Assembly: GCA_044229075.1 (NCBI GenBank)
Contig: JBGATS010000003.1
Coordinates: 12,372-76,371, forward strand
DNA length: 64,000 nucleotides
Source of the DNA: Minisyncoccia bacterium
Lineage (GTDB): Bacteria > Patescibacteriota > Minisyncoccia > Phycocordibacterales > UBA1006
Direction: 5' to 3'
In this document: in pieces, positions 1 through 9,539 of the stretch
Position numbering within the stretch: position 1 is the stretch's first letter
How the letters are laid out: the number at the start of each line of letters is the position of its first letter
Notes under the pieces: model-generated
What the model was told of the DNA's origin: nothing
Database searches by the model: none
The model's input: only the letters and a program-made list of their open reading frames with translations
Made by a program: the position numbers and the translations under genes

Positions 1-28
1 ATTAAAAATAAAACTCCATCAGGAGTAA

Positions 29-286
29 TTATTTAATCACACCTTCTTTTTTCAGTAACGCTAATTTTGCCTCTGGACCGCCACGGTTGTAACAACCAAC
101 CTTGCCGTCCGTTCTGATAACTCGATGACACGGAATATCTGAATCATAATTATCATGCATAATATTCCCAACGGCACGTGCTGCGCCTGGACTGCCTGCC
201 ATTGCCGCAACCTGTCCATAGGTCATGGTTTTTCCTTTTGGAATCTTGCGAACAATATCACGTACACGGGTAGTAAAGTTTTTCAT
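29..286 (-). CDS. MGMT-family DNA-binding domain protein (methylated-DNA-protein-cysteine methyltransferase C-terminal domain-like, about 85 aa)
   Basis: The ORF translation contains TYGQVA...GSPGAARAVGNIM...IPCHRVIRTDGKVGCY, the conserved PCHR helix-turn-helix core of Ogt/MGMT. Start was moved to the internal ATG (RC of cat at 284-286) to avoid overlap with the upstream ORF. The track ORF extends to 424. Confidence 0.55.
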   Translation of the reverse strand: MKNFTTRVRDIVRKIPKGKTMTYGQVAAMAGSPGAARAVGNIMHDNYDSDIPCHRVIRTDGKVGCYNRGGPEAKLALLKKEGVIK

Positions 287-338
287 ATTAAGACTATAAT
301 AAAAGAGCCTTGAATAATCAAGGACTCTCGCTATACGT

Positions 339-725
339 TTATATCCAAAACCTTCTATTGAAATAATTTTTGGAATGGTTTTGTTTTGAAAATTGTTTTT
401 TAGCAACAGATATTGGGATTTCATCAGTTGCCTGATAATGCAAAATTTCTACTGTTATTCGTGCAGGGTTCATTTCTGGTCTTTCTATAACACCGAAAAT
501 TTTTCCAACCGATAGTAAAAATTGTTTTAATTTTTTTGGAAGAACATAATAGATAAAGTCGTATAATTCCTCCATGAGTTCATGAAATTCCAAAAGTTCT
601 TCTTCGTTTTGAAAACGAACATCTTTTGTTTCAATGACAACCTTTTTCCCATATTTTTTCTGGAAAACTGCTTTTTGTTCAGGTAACAATTTATGTCGTG
701 TCACCCAAAGGATTCTATGTGCCAT
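339..725 (-). CDS. hypothetical protein (128 aa)
   Basis: Intact ORF in the operon context. No recognisable motifs. Confidence 0.35.
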   Translation of the reverse strand: MAHRILWVTRHKLLPEQKAVFQKKYGKKVVIETKDVRFQNEEELLEFHELMEELYDFIYYVLPKKLKQFLLSVGKIFGVIERPEMNPARITVEILHYQATDEIPISVAKKQFSKQNHSKNYFNRRFWI

Positions 726-802
726 ATTTTTTGTTTTGGTTTATTTAAATTATACACCTTATTTATATTTTGTAAAGAAAAACCCTTTTGCAAGGGATTT
801 TT

Positions 803-3061
803 TTATTTTGCCACTTTCACTGCCTCTTCAAACTTGATGGAGAGTAATACTGACGCATCGTCAGAACCAAGTGTCACACCATACAAAATATTCGCTCGTG
901 ACATAGTTTCGCGATTATGCGTTACGACGATCAATTGAGTTTCCTGTGCAAGTGTTTCAATCATATCGCCATATTTTTTACTGTTCGCCTCGTCGAGCGC
1001 CGCATCAGTTTCATCTAATACCAAAAATGGTGGTGGATTTACCTGTGATAACGCAAAGAGTAATGCAATAGATGTTAATGATCGTTCACCACCAGATAAC
1101 ATTTCCAAATCTTTTACCTTTTTACGTGGAAGATTGATATCAATATCGACCCCTTGTTCTTTTGGTGTTTCGTCATCGATACCAACCATTTCTTCCTCAG
1201 AAAGATTTGTTTCATCGGTTTTTCGTTTTTTAGGGAGCACATCAACCACCTGCAGCCGGGCAGAACCTCCACCGAACATGGTAATGAAAAATTTCTCGAA
1301 TACATGATTAATTTGCGTAATCCCTTTTGAAAATTCTGCAGCCAATGAACCCTGAAGATCGGTGATAATCGTCTCGAGATCCTGTATCGTGACTTCGAGA
1401 TCTTGTAATTGATTTGCTAAATATCCATCACGAGCAACCGTCTCCTCGTACTCGCGCATGATATCACCTGCACCTCCGCCGCCCATATCTTCTAATCGAA
1501 CCTTTAATCGTTCGATGGTTGATTTTTTACTTGCGTGATCTGATTCATTAAATAAATCAATACTGTAATTCCCGCTTCCGCGCAATACTGCAACTGATTC
1601 GCCAACCAACTCTCCGGCAATACGATATTCATTTTCCAATACCTCGAATCGTGCAGAGAGCGCATGTCGATCACGATGAAGAATATCAACCTGATGTGTA
1701 CATTCTCGCAATTGTGTTTCCAGATGAAATCGTTGTTGATCACTCGTCCGTAATTGATCCTGAGTTGTTGCAATATCAGATTCAATAGCGATGATTTCTG
1801 TTGTAATAATCTGGGTTTCTTGGTGGATCACTGTTGATTGAGATTCGAGTTCACGTAATTGTTTTTCGAGTGTTTCGAGTTCTGATCCATGATCTGCTGT
1901 TGGTTGTTCTGATTCAGTGTGGTGAGCTGTATGAAACTGATGGAGCGAATCTTTCATTGATCGCAATGTTGCATGAATAGAGACAACTTCTGTTGTTTGC
2001 AATGCCTGATCAATATCTTGTGATAATCGAGAAAGGTATGCAACAACCTCTGCGCGGTTCATAGGGAGATCACTTCCCTTTTCTGGAACCATGCGGGAAA
2101 GTGCACTGACTGTACCTTCAATACGACCAATTGCCCGGGCAAGTTCTGACTCGGTAGATTCTAATTGTTTTTTGCGTGTATGTGTCTCCGAGAGTTTTAC
2201 TTGTAAATGATGCAGTGTATCCTCGTGTGGGTTTTTTTCGAGCGTATCTATAGTCTGTCGCAATTGTGCCTGTCGTGATTCCAGCTGATCAATTTCAAGG
2301 GCAACACGATTCATATGATGGGTCAGATAACTTTCCTCGTCTACCAAATACTGTTCATATAACGACCCCAGTTCATTACGCATGAATGCTGCCTGTTCTA
2401 CTCGTTCCACCTGTTTTTTCAAAAATTTCACCTGCGGCGCGAGTTCACGTCGTAATAACTCTACCTCACGCATGTGTTCACGCGTTTTCTCGAGTTTCCG
2501 TTGTGATTCGTGGATACGATAATGATATAACCGCAACCCCAACGCTTCTTCGAGGATTTCCCGACGTTCGGTGAGTTTTGCATTGAGTAACCGATCCGCC
2601 TCGCCCTGTGAAATAATATGGTGACCACTGGAACCAATATGGACCGACGCAATGAGTTCGTGGAGATCTTTTAACCGAACTGCAGAACCATTGATACGAT
2701 ATTCATTGGTACCATCAGCGAATACTTCACGAGTAATACTGATTTCATCAAAATCAAGCGAAAGAATCCCCGAGAGTGATGGGAGCTGAAACGAACGTTG
2801 TGTATTATCAAACACAATCGTCACCGATGCGCGGTTCATTTTTGGAATCATACGCGAACCCTTGAAAATCAGGTCAGCGCCTGATTTCGAACGGAGTGAT
2901 TTTGATGATTGTTCACCCAGTACGAATCGAATCGCCTCGACCACGTTTGATTTTCCTGATCCGTTCGGTCCAACCACTGCGGTTACGGGCGCCTCAAAAA
3001 CAAGGGTAGATTTTTTTGCAAATGATTTAAATCCATGAAGTTCTATTCTTTTCAAAGTCAT
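803..3061 (-). CDS. smc: SMC-family chromosome segregation ATPase (short form, 752 aa)
   Basis: The N-terminus IELHGFKSFAKKSTLVFEAPVTAVVGPNGSGKSNVVEAIRFVLGEQSSKSLR carries the Walker A. The C-terminus LSGGERSLTSIALLFALSQVNPPPFLVLDETDAALD carries the ABC signature and Walker B. Coiled-coil-rich heptads lie between them. Confidence 0.75.
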   Translation of the reverse strand: MTLKRIELHGFKSFAKKSTLVFEAPVTAVVGPNGSGKSNVVEAIRFVLGEQSSKSLRSKSGADLIFKGSRMIPKMNRASVTIVFDNTQRSFQLPSLSGILSLDFDEISITREVFADGTNEYRINGSAVRLKDLHELIASVHIGSSGHHIISQGEADRLLNAKLTERREILEEALGLRLYHYRIHESQRKLEKTREHMREVELLRRELAPQVKFLKKQVERVEQAAFMRNELGSLYEQYLVDEESYLTHHMNRVALEIDQLESRQAQLRQTIDTLEKNPHEDTLHHLQVKLSETHTRKKQLESTESELARAIGRIEGTVSALSRMVPEKGSDLPMNRAEVVAYLSRLSQDIDQALQTTEVVSIHATLRSMKDSLHQFHTAHHTESEQPTADHGSELETLEKQLRELESQSTVIHQETQIITTEIIAIESDIATTQDQLRTSDQQRFHLETQLRECTHQVDILHRDRHALSARFEVLENEYRIAGELVGESVAVLRGSGNYSIDLFNESDHASKKSTIERLKVRLEDMGGGGAGDIMREYEETVARDGYLANQLQDLEVTIQDLETIITDLQGSLAAEFSKGITQINHVFEKFFITMFGGGSARLQVVDVLPKKRKTDETNLSEEEMVGIDDETPKEQGVDIDINLPRKKVKDLEMLSGGERSLTSIALLFALSQVNPPPFLVLDETDAALDEANSKKYGDMIETLAQETQLIVVTHNRETMSRANILYGVTLGSDDASVLLSIKFEEAVKVAK

Positions 3062-3164
3062 ATAAACACCAGTATACCAAAAAAGAACACTTTTGACACT
3101 AGATTAGTTATCTATATGCTCTCATAAAACCCAACACAGATCTGTTCGAGGTTAGAAATGAATC

Positions 3165-3198
3165 ATAAAAAAACTCAAAGAATCTTTGAGTTTTTTTA
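3165..3198. terminator. rho-independent terminator hairpin (bidirectional) between ftsI and smc
   Basis: aaaaaactcaaaga-atc-tttgagttttttt, a perfect stem flanked by A-run and T-run. Confidence 0.6.
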
Positions 3199-4926
3199 TC
3201 GATCAGGTGGAATATTGTAATAATTGATGAGAAACTTGGTAAGGTTCAAGAAAGGATCAATCAATGTTTGTGATGAGAATCGCGCACCCTCTTTTGGATA
3301 TTCGTTCAAGAGGAATATGATGAATTTTGGATTGTATGCTGGAAAAAATCCGACAAAGGTATGGATATTTCGATCATCATAATACCCACCTGTCTGCCGA
3401 TTCGGGATTTGGGCAGTACCTGTTTTTCCTGCAATGGAATAGTCTTCGAGTTTTTTCGCGCCGTCAAAATAATTATCAAAAATATGCACCATCATCCGGG
3501 TAATTTCTGCCGAAGTTTCTGGCTTGATCACTTGGGTGATTTCTTGATGTGGAATCATTTTTCGTGACCCATCCAAATAATTAATTTCACTGATAACATG
3601 TGGTTGTATCACCTTTCCGCCATTTGCCAGTGCTGCCATTGCTCGTGTCATTCCGATAGGGGTCACCGCGATTCCTTGCCCAAAGGAAATGTTTGCCAGC
3701 TCTACCTCTCGTGCAGATTCCAGGTTCCCCGTGATCCCTTTTACCTCGCCCGGTAGATCGATACCTGTTTTTTCACCGAAACCGAATTTGGTAAATTGAC
3801 TCACAAAATTTTGTGGTTGCATTCGTTGCATCATGAATACCATACCGGTATTGAGCGACTGATCCAATACGGTCTGCATGGTTACGCCATTACCGCGTCC
3901 TCGTTTATCAAAGTTCCGAATAGTACGGTTCCGCACTTGTACAAACCCCGAGTCGTTATATCGTGTGTCTGCAGTGATTACTCCTTGGTCAAGTGCGGTC
4001 GCTGCAATAATTGGTTTCATAATTGATCCCATCTCGAACACACTCTCCACGGTTGGATTATTGAAAATTGATACGGACGATTCTTTTTTGTAATTATTGA
4101 TATCAAATCCTGGAGTCACTGCCATAGCCACAATTTGTCCTGTTACAGGATCCATAATGATTCCCATGGTACGATCTGATTTCCAACGGTCCCTGGTTAA
4201 TTCGAGTTCGTTTTGTAAAGATGCCTGAACTGATGGTTCGATGGTAGAAACAACATCTCCTTCGGTGGATGATCCCATATCCTCTGGTTGTGTAATATGG
4301 GTAAATACTTCTGCAAAGAAATTGCTATATCGCTGACTCTTTTGACGAGAGAGTATCTCGTTATATGATCGTTCGATACCATACCGACCAATCAGGTCAT
4401 TATCCTTGAACGATACAAACCCAATCACGTGTGGTGCCAAGGTTCCTGCGGGTGAAAATCGTGCATTCATACGATACAGGGAAACCCCAGGGAGTTTCAG
4501 TGCCTTGATCTGGGCGGCTTGATCTTCATTGATACGTGTAGCAACCTCTTCGTATGGGTCATCTATTTTTGCTGCTTGAGCAAGAAACTGTGTTTGATCA
4601 AGTGGAATAATTACAGAGATTTGTTCAAATGTCTTCTGAGGATCGGTGACAAGTTTCGGATTGATGGCCACGGTAAATCCGCGGAGCAAGCTTGCTGCGG
4701 ACACAGTCTCTCCGTTCTTTTTCTTGAAAAAGATACTTCCTCGATCGAACTGGGAACCTTCTGGAGTAATATATTGACGGTCAGCCTGAAGGAGGTAGTG
4801 CTCATTACGGAGAATCTGTAGATAAAATAATTTAGTACCAAAAACCACCACAATACAGAGGATAAAAAAAGAAACAAGTCGAATACGGAAACCAAACTTT
4901 TCTTGCATGATACACGAGTATACCAA
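3196..4926 (-). CDS. ftsI: peptidoglycan D,D-transpeptidase, FtsI/PBP2 family (class B PBP)
   Basis: N-terminal TM, SIMKP (SxxK-like), SGN-like and KTGTAQ (KTG) motifs. Position downstream of ftsL/rsmH/mraZ is consistent with the dcw cluster. Confidence 0.8.
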   Translation of the reverse strand: MVYSCIMQEKFGFRIRLVSFFILCIVVVFGTKLFYLQILRNEHYLLQADRQYITPEGSQFDRGSIFFKKKNGETVSAASLLRGFTVAINPKLVTDPQKTFEQISVIIPLDQTQFLAQAAKIDDPYEEVATRINEDQAAQIKALKLPGVSLYRMNARFSPAGTLAPHVIGFVSFKDNDLIGRYGIERSYNEILSRQKSQRYSNFFAEVFTHITQPEDMGSSTEGDVVSTIEPSVQASLQNELELTRDRWKSDRTMGIIMDPVTGQIVAMAVTPGFDINNYKKESSVSIFNNPTVESVFEMGSIMKPIIAATALDQGVITADTRYNDSGFVQVRNRTIRNFDKRGRGNGVTMQTVLDQSLNTGMVFMMQRMQPQNFVSQFTKFGFGEKTGIDLPGEVKGITGNLESAREVELANISFGQGIAVTPIGMTRAMAALANGGKVIQPHVISEINYLDGSRKMIPHQEITQVIKPETSAEITRMMVHIFDNYFDGAKKLEDYSIAGKTGTAQIPNRQTGGYYDDRNIHTFVGFFPAYNPKFIIFLLNEYPKEGARFSSQTLIDPFLNLTKFLINYYNIPPDR

Positions 4927-4976
4927 AAAACCTCTCGATTGAGAAGTTTTTTGGTGATATATTTTTTTGTTTTTTA

Positions 4977-5291
4977 TTATCGTAACGCAACTGTTCGATG
5001 CTCTGGTTGTGTATAGGCAAAATATGGGGTGGTAGTATGCGTAAACCCAAGGTTTTTTATTGTTTCTGTATCGATTGATTTTGCAAGTTCGAAATAACGA
5101 ATCTCGAGATCAGAAATAGCAACCTGGGAACTACGAATCGAAGCTTGTATATCTTTTCGTTCATTGATTAATGATATCGTCGAAACCATGAGTAGTGTAT
5201 ACCCCACCAAACACGCAGCAATTCCCACCGAGAAAAATCGTGAGAGAATCACGCGAATGGCGAATGATGATGATGGTCGATAGTTTTTCAT
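4977..5291 (-). CDS. ftsL: cell division protein FtsL-like (single TM plus coiled coil)
   Basis: Small bitopic protein between rsmH and ftsI. Start moved to the internal ATG (cat at 5289-5291) just after the rsmH stop. The assignment is from context only. Confidence 0.45.
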   Translation of the reverse strand: MKNYRPSSSFAIRVILSRFFSVGIAACLVGYTLLMVSTISLINERKDIQASIRSSQVAISDLEIRYFELAKSIDTETIKNLGFTHTTTPYFAYTQPEHRTVALR

Positions 5292-5301
5292 ATAATAACG
5301 A

Positions 5302-6213
5302 TTAACATTTTTCAATAACACGAAGCTTCGCACTTCGCGATCGTGGGTTAGCACGAATTTCTGATAATGATGGGGCAATTGGTTTTTTGTGGACGAGAAC
5401 ACCTTGTCCATGAGTGGCAAATTCTTTGAAGAGTTGTTTTACGATTCTATCCTCACCGCTGTGGAAGGTAATAACTGCCAACCTTCCTCTTGGTGCGAGA
5501 AGTTGAAACGATTGAGTGACTCCCTCGATAATCGTCTGATATTCATCGTTCACCACGATACGTAGCGCCTGAAAGACTTTTGTTGCTGGATGAATTTTGA
5601 AATGGGCTGGTCTTTTTTTTGTAAAGATCGCCTCGATAACGGTTTCTGCTAATTCATGAGTCGTCGCAATGGGTTGTTTTTTTCTCTTGGTAACAATATG
5701 ACGAGCAATCGTACGTGCCTTTGTCTCGTCACCATAGGCATAAAAGATATCCGCCAATGTTGTTTCCTCCCAATGGTTGATAATTTCGTAGGCAGTAAGT
5801 TGTTCATCCTGTGCGAGTCCTTTTGCAAGATTCATATCCAACGGTCCATCATGGACAAATGATAATCCTCGCGATGGGTCGGCGATTTGAAAACTGCTCC
5901 ACCCCAGATCAAGGAGTACTCCATGAATCTGTGAAATTCCAATCCGATCGACGATGGTTGCAATAGTTCTGAAATTATCGTGGACAAAATATTTTTTACA
6001 GGACAGATCATGTAATCGATCCTGTGCACGAATAATTGCATCATAATCAACATCGCAACCAATGAATGTCCCCTGGGGTGATAGTTGTGCTGCGATGGCA
6101 TAAGCATGCCCTGCACCGCCCAACGTCCCATCGACGTATACCTGGTCATCCTGTATCTGTAACGAATCAAGTGATTCCTGAAAAAGTACAGGAATATGGA
6201 GAGATGATTCCAT
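5302..6213 (-). CDS. rsmH: 16S rRNA (cytosine1402-N4)-methyltransferase RsmH (MraW)
   Basis: HIPVLFQESLDSL...VDGTLGGAGHA N-terminal SAM-binding motifs typical of RsmH. Follows mraZ. Confidence 0.9.
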   Translation of the reverse strand: MESSLHIPVLFQESLDSLQIQDDQVYVDGTLGGAGHAYAIAAQLSPQGTFIGCDVDYDAIIRAQDRLHDLSCKKYFVHDNFRTIATIVDRIGISQIHGVLLDLGWSSFQIADPSRGLSFVHDGPLDMNLAKGLAQDEQLTAYEIINHWEETTLADIFYAYGDETKARTIARHIVTKRKKQPIATTHELAETVIEAIFTKKRPAHFKIHPATKVFQALRIVVNDEYQTIIEGVTQSFQLLAPRGRLAVITFHSGEDRIVKQLFKEFATHGQGVLVHKKPIAPSLSEIRANPRSRSAKLRVIEKC

Positions 6214-6219
6214 AATTCA

Positions 6220-6654
6220 TTACAGTACCCCTAACTGGGTCAATCCTTCTGCTAATTGTTCAATGTTTTGTTCTACCTGTTGTGTATACGTATTCCATGA
6301 TTCCTCATTCCAAAGCTCCAAACGATTTTTCACCCCGGCAACAATTACTTTGCTCCCTAGGTTTCCATATTGTTTGAGAAAATCAGGAATAAGGATTCTC
6401 CCCGCGGAATCAACATCAGTTTCTGTTGCTCCCGACACCATGAATCGAGTAAACGCACGACTGTCTGACTGATTAAAAGATAACCCTGATAATCCATCAG
6501 AAAACTTTTTCCATTCTGCAAGTGAATACACACAAAGACAACGATCGAGACCTCGCGTAATGATTATTTTTTTCCCGAGTACCTTCCGTGCTTTTGCAGG
6601 GAGTGATAATCGGTTTTTATCGTCTAATGTATGTCGATATTCACCAAGCAGCAT
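6220..6654 (-). CDS. mraZ: transcriptional regulator MraZ
   Basis: MLLGEYRHTLDDKNRLSLPAKARK..., duplicated MraZ/SpoVT-AbrB fold signature. Start set at the internal ATG (cat at 6652-6654) matching the canonical MraZ N-terminus. The track ORF runs to 6780. Confidence 0.85.
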   Translation of the reverse strand: MLLGEYRHTLDDKNRLSLPAKARKVLGKKIIITRGLDRCLCVYSLAEWKKFSDGLSGLSFNQSDSRAFTRFMVSGATETDVDSAGRILIPDFLKQYGNLGSKVIVAGVKNRLELWNEESWNTYTQQVEQNIEQLAEGLTQLGVL

Positions 6655-6799
6655 ATAATAATTAGGAATAAGTGATTTTAGAAATTCCCCCACTTCATCC
6701 CACAAACATATTACTCCATCCCACCATGAAACACAATACCTATCCCCTTTTGTGAAACCATAAAACTGTGGATAACTCATTGATGCAACAAAAAACTCC

Positions 6800-7549
6800 C
6801 TATTCTGGGAGTTCTTTTGTTTCTTCGTTGTGTGAAATTTTTTCTACATGGTCCACTTTCTTTCCTGAAGTAATGTATATATATGCACACACACTTGCAA
6901 GATATACAACAGGAATGGCTACAATTAACCCTACTACTAATACAATAATACCGAGAAGAGTCACTAATAATTGCCAGAAAGCTAATTTGATCAACATCCA
7001 TACATTTCCCTGAGTCATTGCGAATGCTTTTTTCAACATGGCAACAATTCCTAGATCGCTATGATCGAGAGCAATAAAAACAAGAAAACTCATACGAATT
7101 GAAAACCAGATGAGTGCAGTGACTGCAATACAAGTAACTACTACTCCTGCTACCATAGCAATTCCAGATCCAGAGAATAATCCCAAGAGAACTACTGCCA
7201 TGATAATTCCAAAACATACCAGCATCACCAGACTCACTAATAATTGTGTGATGAAATATTTACCCCACAGTCGTGGTTGTGTTTTAAAATCAGACCAAGT
7301 AGATGAATTTCCTCGAACAATTCGTAGTAATACCTGTGCCCATCCTAAACTCAATGCAAGAGATAGTAACGTTCCTACAATATAATTGAGAACCAAGAAT
7401 CCCCATCCGCGATCAGTTGGAAAAACAACTTGAACAATAAGTGTCACGATAAGACTAGCAATACCTGCAGGAATAATAAACTTCCAATGTTTTTTAAACA
7501 ACCCCCATGCCTGAGCAATAAACGATCGTGTATGTAGAGAATTTTCCAT
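6800..7549 (-). CDS. polytopic membrane protein, unknown function
   Basis: Multiple hydrophobic helices (IIPAGIASLIVTLIV..., LLGLFSGSGIAMVAGVVV...). Confidence 0.5.
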   Translation of the reverse strand: MENSLHTRSFIAQAWGLFKKHWKFIIPAGIASLIVTLIVQVVFPTDRGWGFLVLNYIVGTLLSLALSLGWAQVLLRIVRGNSSTWSDFKTQPRLWGKYFITQLLVSLVMLVCFGIIMAVVLLGLFSGSGIAMVAGVVVTCIAVTALIWFSIRMSFLVFIALDHSDLGIVAMLKKAFAMTQGNVWMLIKLAFWQLLVTLLGIIVLVVGLIVAIPVVYLASVCAYIYITSGKKVDHVEKISHNEETKELPE

Positions 7550-7626
7550 AAAATGATAGATATATAATTATTTAAATAATAACCTATTCAGTATAATGAA
7601 AAACTCTGAAAAAGTAAAGATGTTTT

Positions 7627-7684
7627 TCAAAAAATACAAAACAAGGGGGGCGCCTACGGCGCCCCCCTTGTTTTGTATTTTTTG
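7627..7684. terminator. strong bidirectional rho-independent terminator
   Basis: A-run, then caaggggggcgcc-tacg-gcgccccccttg (13-bp GC-rich stem), then T-run. Lies downstream of tRNA-Ile (minus) and insulates the 6800-7549 gene. Confidence 0.75.
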
Positions 7685-7700
7685 AATTCCCTACCCGATG

Positions 7701-7774
7701 TGCGTGATCTAGGATTCGAACCTAGGACCTTTCGAGTATCAGTCGAATGCTCTAGCCAACTGAGCTAATCACGC
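7701..7774 (-). tRNA. tRNA-Ile (anticodon GAT)
   Basis: RC gives GCGTGAT-TA-GCTC-AGTTGGCTA-GAGC-A-TTCGA-CTGATAC-TCGAA-AGGTC-CTAGG-TTCGAAT-CCTAG-ATCACGC-A. Cloverleaf folded by hand, anticodon loop CTGATAC. No encoded CCA. Confidence 0.9.
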
Positions 7775-7920
7775 ATACAATGTTCCACAGAAAAATAGTA
7801 TACAGATTTTCAAGATTTTTGCAAATAAAAAACCCTGATTCCCACTCTAACTACAACAACACTGTTATTTCTCAGTGTATATTTTTAAAACAAAAAACCC
7901 TCTTTCTAGGATTTTTTTGT

Positions 7921-8313
7921 TTACACGATTTTGGTAATTTTAAACGTCATGAATGGTTGTCGGTGACCATTTTTCTTGTAGTAACGAGATTTTGCTTTGT
8001 ATTTTACAACTATAAGCTTTTTATCGCGACCTTCTTCAACGAATTCTGCAGTGACTACTGCACCAGAAACGGTAGGTGTTCCTACAGATACACTTGATCC
8101 ATTTGCAACCATGACCACTTGATCAAAATTAATTGCGGTTCCTGGAGTAAATGTCCCGTCCATTTTTTCAACAGAAATGAGGTCTCCGACACGAACAATG
8201 TATTGTTTACCGCCAGTCATAATTACTGCAAAATCAGCAGAGAGCTTTTCAGTATTTTTTGGGAATTTTTCTGCAATTTTTCGTGCAGGTTTTGTTTGAG
8301 TTGTTGTTGCCAT
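7921..8313 (-). CDS. rplU: 50S ribosomal protein L21 (with about 27-aa N-terminal extension)
   Basis: FAVIMTGGKQYIVRVGDLISVEKM matches the bL21 core. No rpmA downstream. Confidence 0.85.
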   Translation of the reverse strand: MATTTQTKPARKIAEKFPKNTEKLSADFAVIMTGGKQYIVRVGDLISVEKMDGTFTPGTAINFDQVVMVANGSSVSVGTPTVSGAVVTAEFVEEGRDKKLIVVKYKAKSRYYKKNGHRQPFMTFKITKIV

Positions 8314-8389
8314 AATGAGTTCCAGTATACATATTTCAGAAAAAATTGCAAACTTTTATAAAAGGGTGTCTCATGATATACTGTTGACC

Positions 8390-9295
8390 ATGATCACTCG
8401 ACACGATATTTATGGAATTCCCTGGATCGATCTCGCCAATCCAACCATGGATGAAATTCACACTATTATTAATGAATTTTCAATTGACGAGCGCTGTGCA
8501 GTTGAACTCGTCAAGCCTTCATTATTAGCAAAAGTAGAACGATTTGATAGTCACTTGTTTTTTGTACTTCACTTTCCTGATCACCCAGCAAAAAAAATCG
8601 GCAATAGTATTGAGATTGACTTCGTCGTTCATCATGATTTTATTATTACTACCCGATACACTGATATTGACAGTCTCATTGCTTTCGAGAAAAAACATAC
8701 CGCGATGAACCGATCTGCCGCTGGACTTGAAATTCACGGAGGAACAATCTTTGGAATTATGATTACCGATCTTTATAATGGACTTCTTGATGAACTTAAT
8801 TTTATCAAGTCTGATATTATAAAACTCGAAAATAATATGTTCGAGACAACGCAATTAAATATTTCCTTGGAACTATTAACCATCCACAGAAAACTCCTTG
8901 ATTGTAAAAGCGCGCTCCGACTCCATAACGATATTCTCCATTCGTTTGAACATGAATCACTCTCTTTGTTCAGTTCAGCCTATGGAACAACCATTCGTGA
9001 TATTATGAATAGTTATTACCGGATGACTGGCATGTTAGATTCTAATAAAGAAATTGTTTACGAATTACGTGAGAGTTATGACGCATTTATTGCCAACCAG
9101 ACAAACAACACTATGCGTACACTGACACTCATGTCGTTTATTACGTTCCCACTTTCATTAATTGCTATTATATTATTTGATCCGGCCTCACCACATATTT
9201 TCCACGGACCATATGGTTTTTGGATAATAGTAGGAATTCTAGGCGTTATTCTTGTTATTATGTTACTTTATTTCAAGAAAAAGAAATGGATGTAA
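8390..9295 (+). CDS. CorA-like divalent cation transporter family protein (divergent, no canonical GMN motif)
   Basis: The N-terminal domain resembles CorA (WIDLANPTMDEI...FFVLHFPD...). The C-terminus has two TM helices. The expected YGMNF is replaced by GPYGFW. Start set at ATG 8390, since the track start at 8315 would abut the rplU start. Confidence 0.45.
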   Translation: MITRHDIYGIPWIDLANPTMDEIHTIINEFSIDERCAVELVKPSLLAKVERFDSHLFFVLHFPDHPAKKIGNSIEIDFVVHHDFIITTRYTDIDSLIAFEKKHTAMNRSAAGLEIHGGTIFGIMITDLYNGLLDELNFIKSDIIKLENNMFETTQLNISLELLTIHRKLLDCKSALRLHNDILHSFEHESLSLFSSAYGTTIRDIMNSYYRMTGMLDSNKEIVYELRESYDAFIANQTNNTMRTLTLMSFITFPLSLIAIILFDPASPHIFHGPYGFWIIVGILGVILVIMLLYFKKKKWM

Positions 9296-9539
9296 GAAAA
9301 AAGGCATGGATGTATCACTACAACCCTGCCTTGCGCTTGCAATTATTTGCAGCACCTTCTGCAATTGTTGCCAATCCTCGTAGGATATGAGCAACCATAT
9401 TGCAGGTTAAAAATAATATTGCGTACCCACTCCATTTGGCGAGCGATGTGCATAAACTCCATATTTTTTCCATATTTATTATATTTTTGTTCTCTATAAT
9501 TTTATCACATATTATATTAAAAGTCAAGTTTTACTATCT

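Noticed and set aside
7780-8097. Plus-strand ORF 7780-8097 (105 aa) and 8119-8361 (80 aa) overlapping rplU
   Set aside because: They overlap the well-supported L21 gene on the opposite strand and an intergenic terminator region. The translations are Cys/Phe-rich noise.
9296-9539. T-box leader upstream of cysS
   Set aside because: No specifier-loop or T-box consensus (AATTAGGGTGG-like) was recognisable in the 240-nt upstream region. ORF 9318-9527 there is probably spurious.
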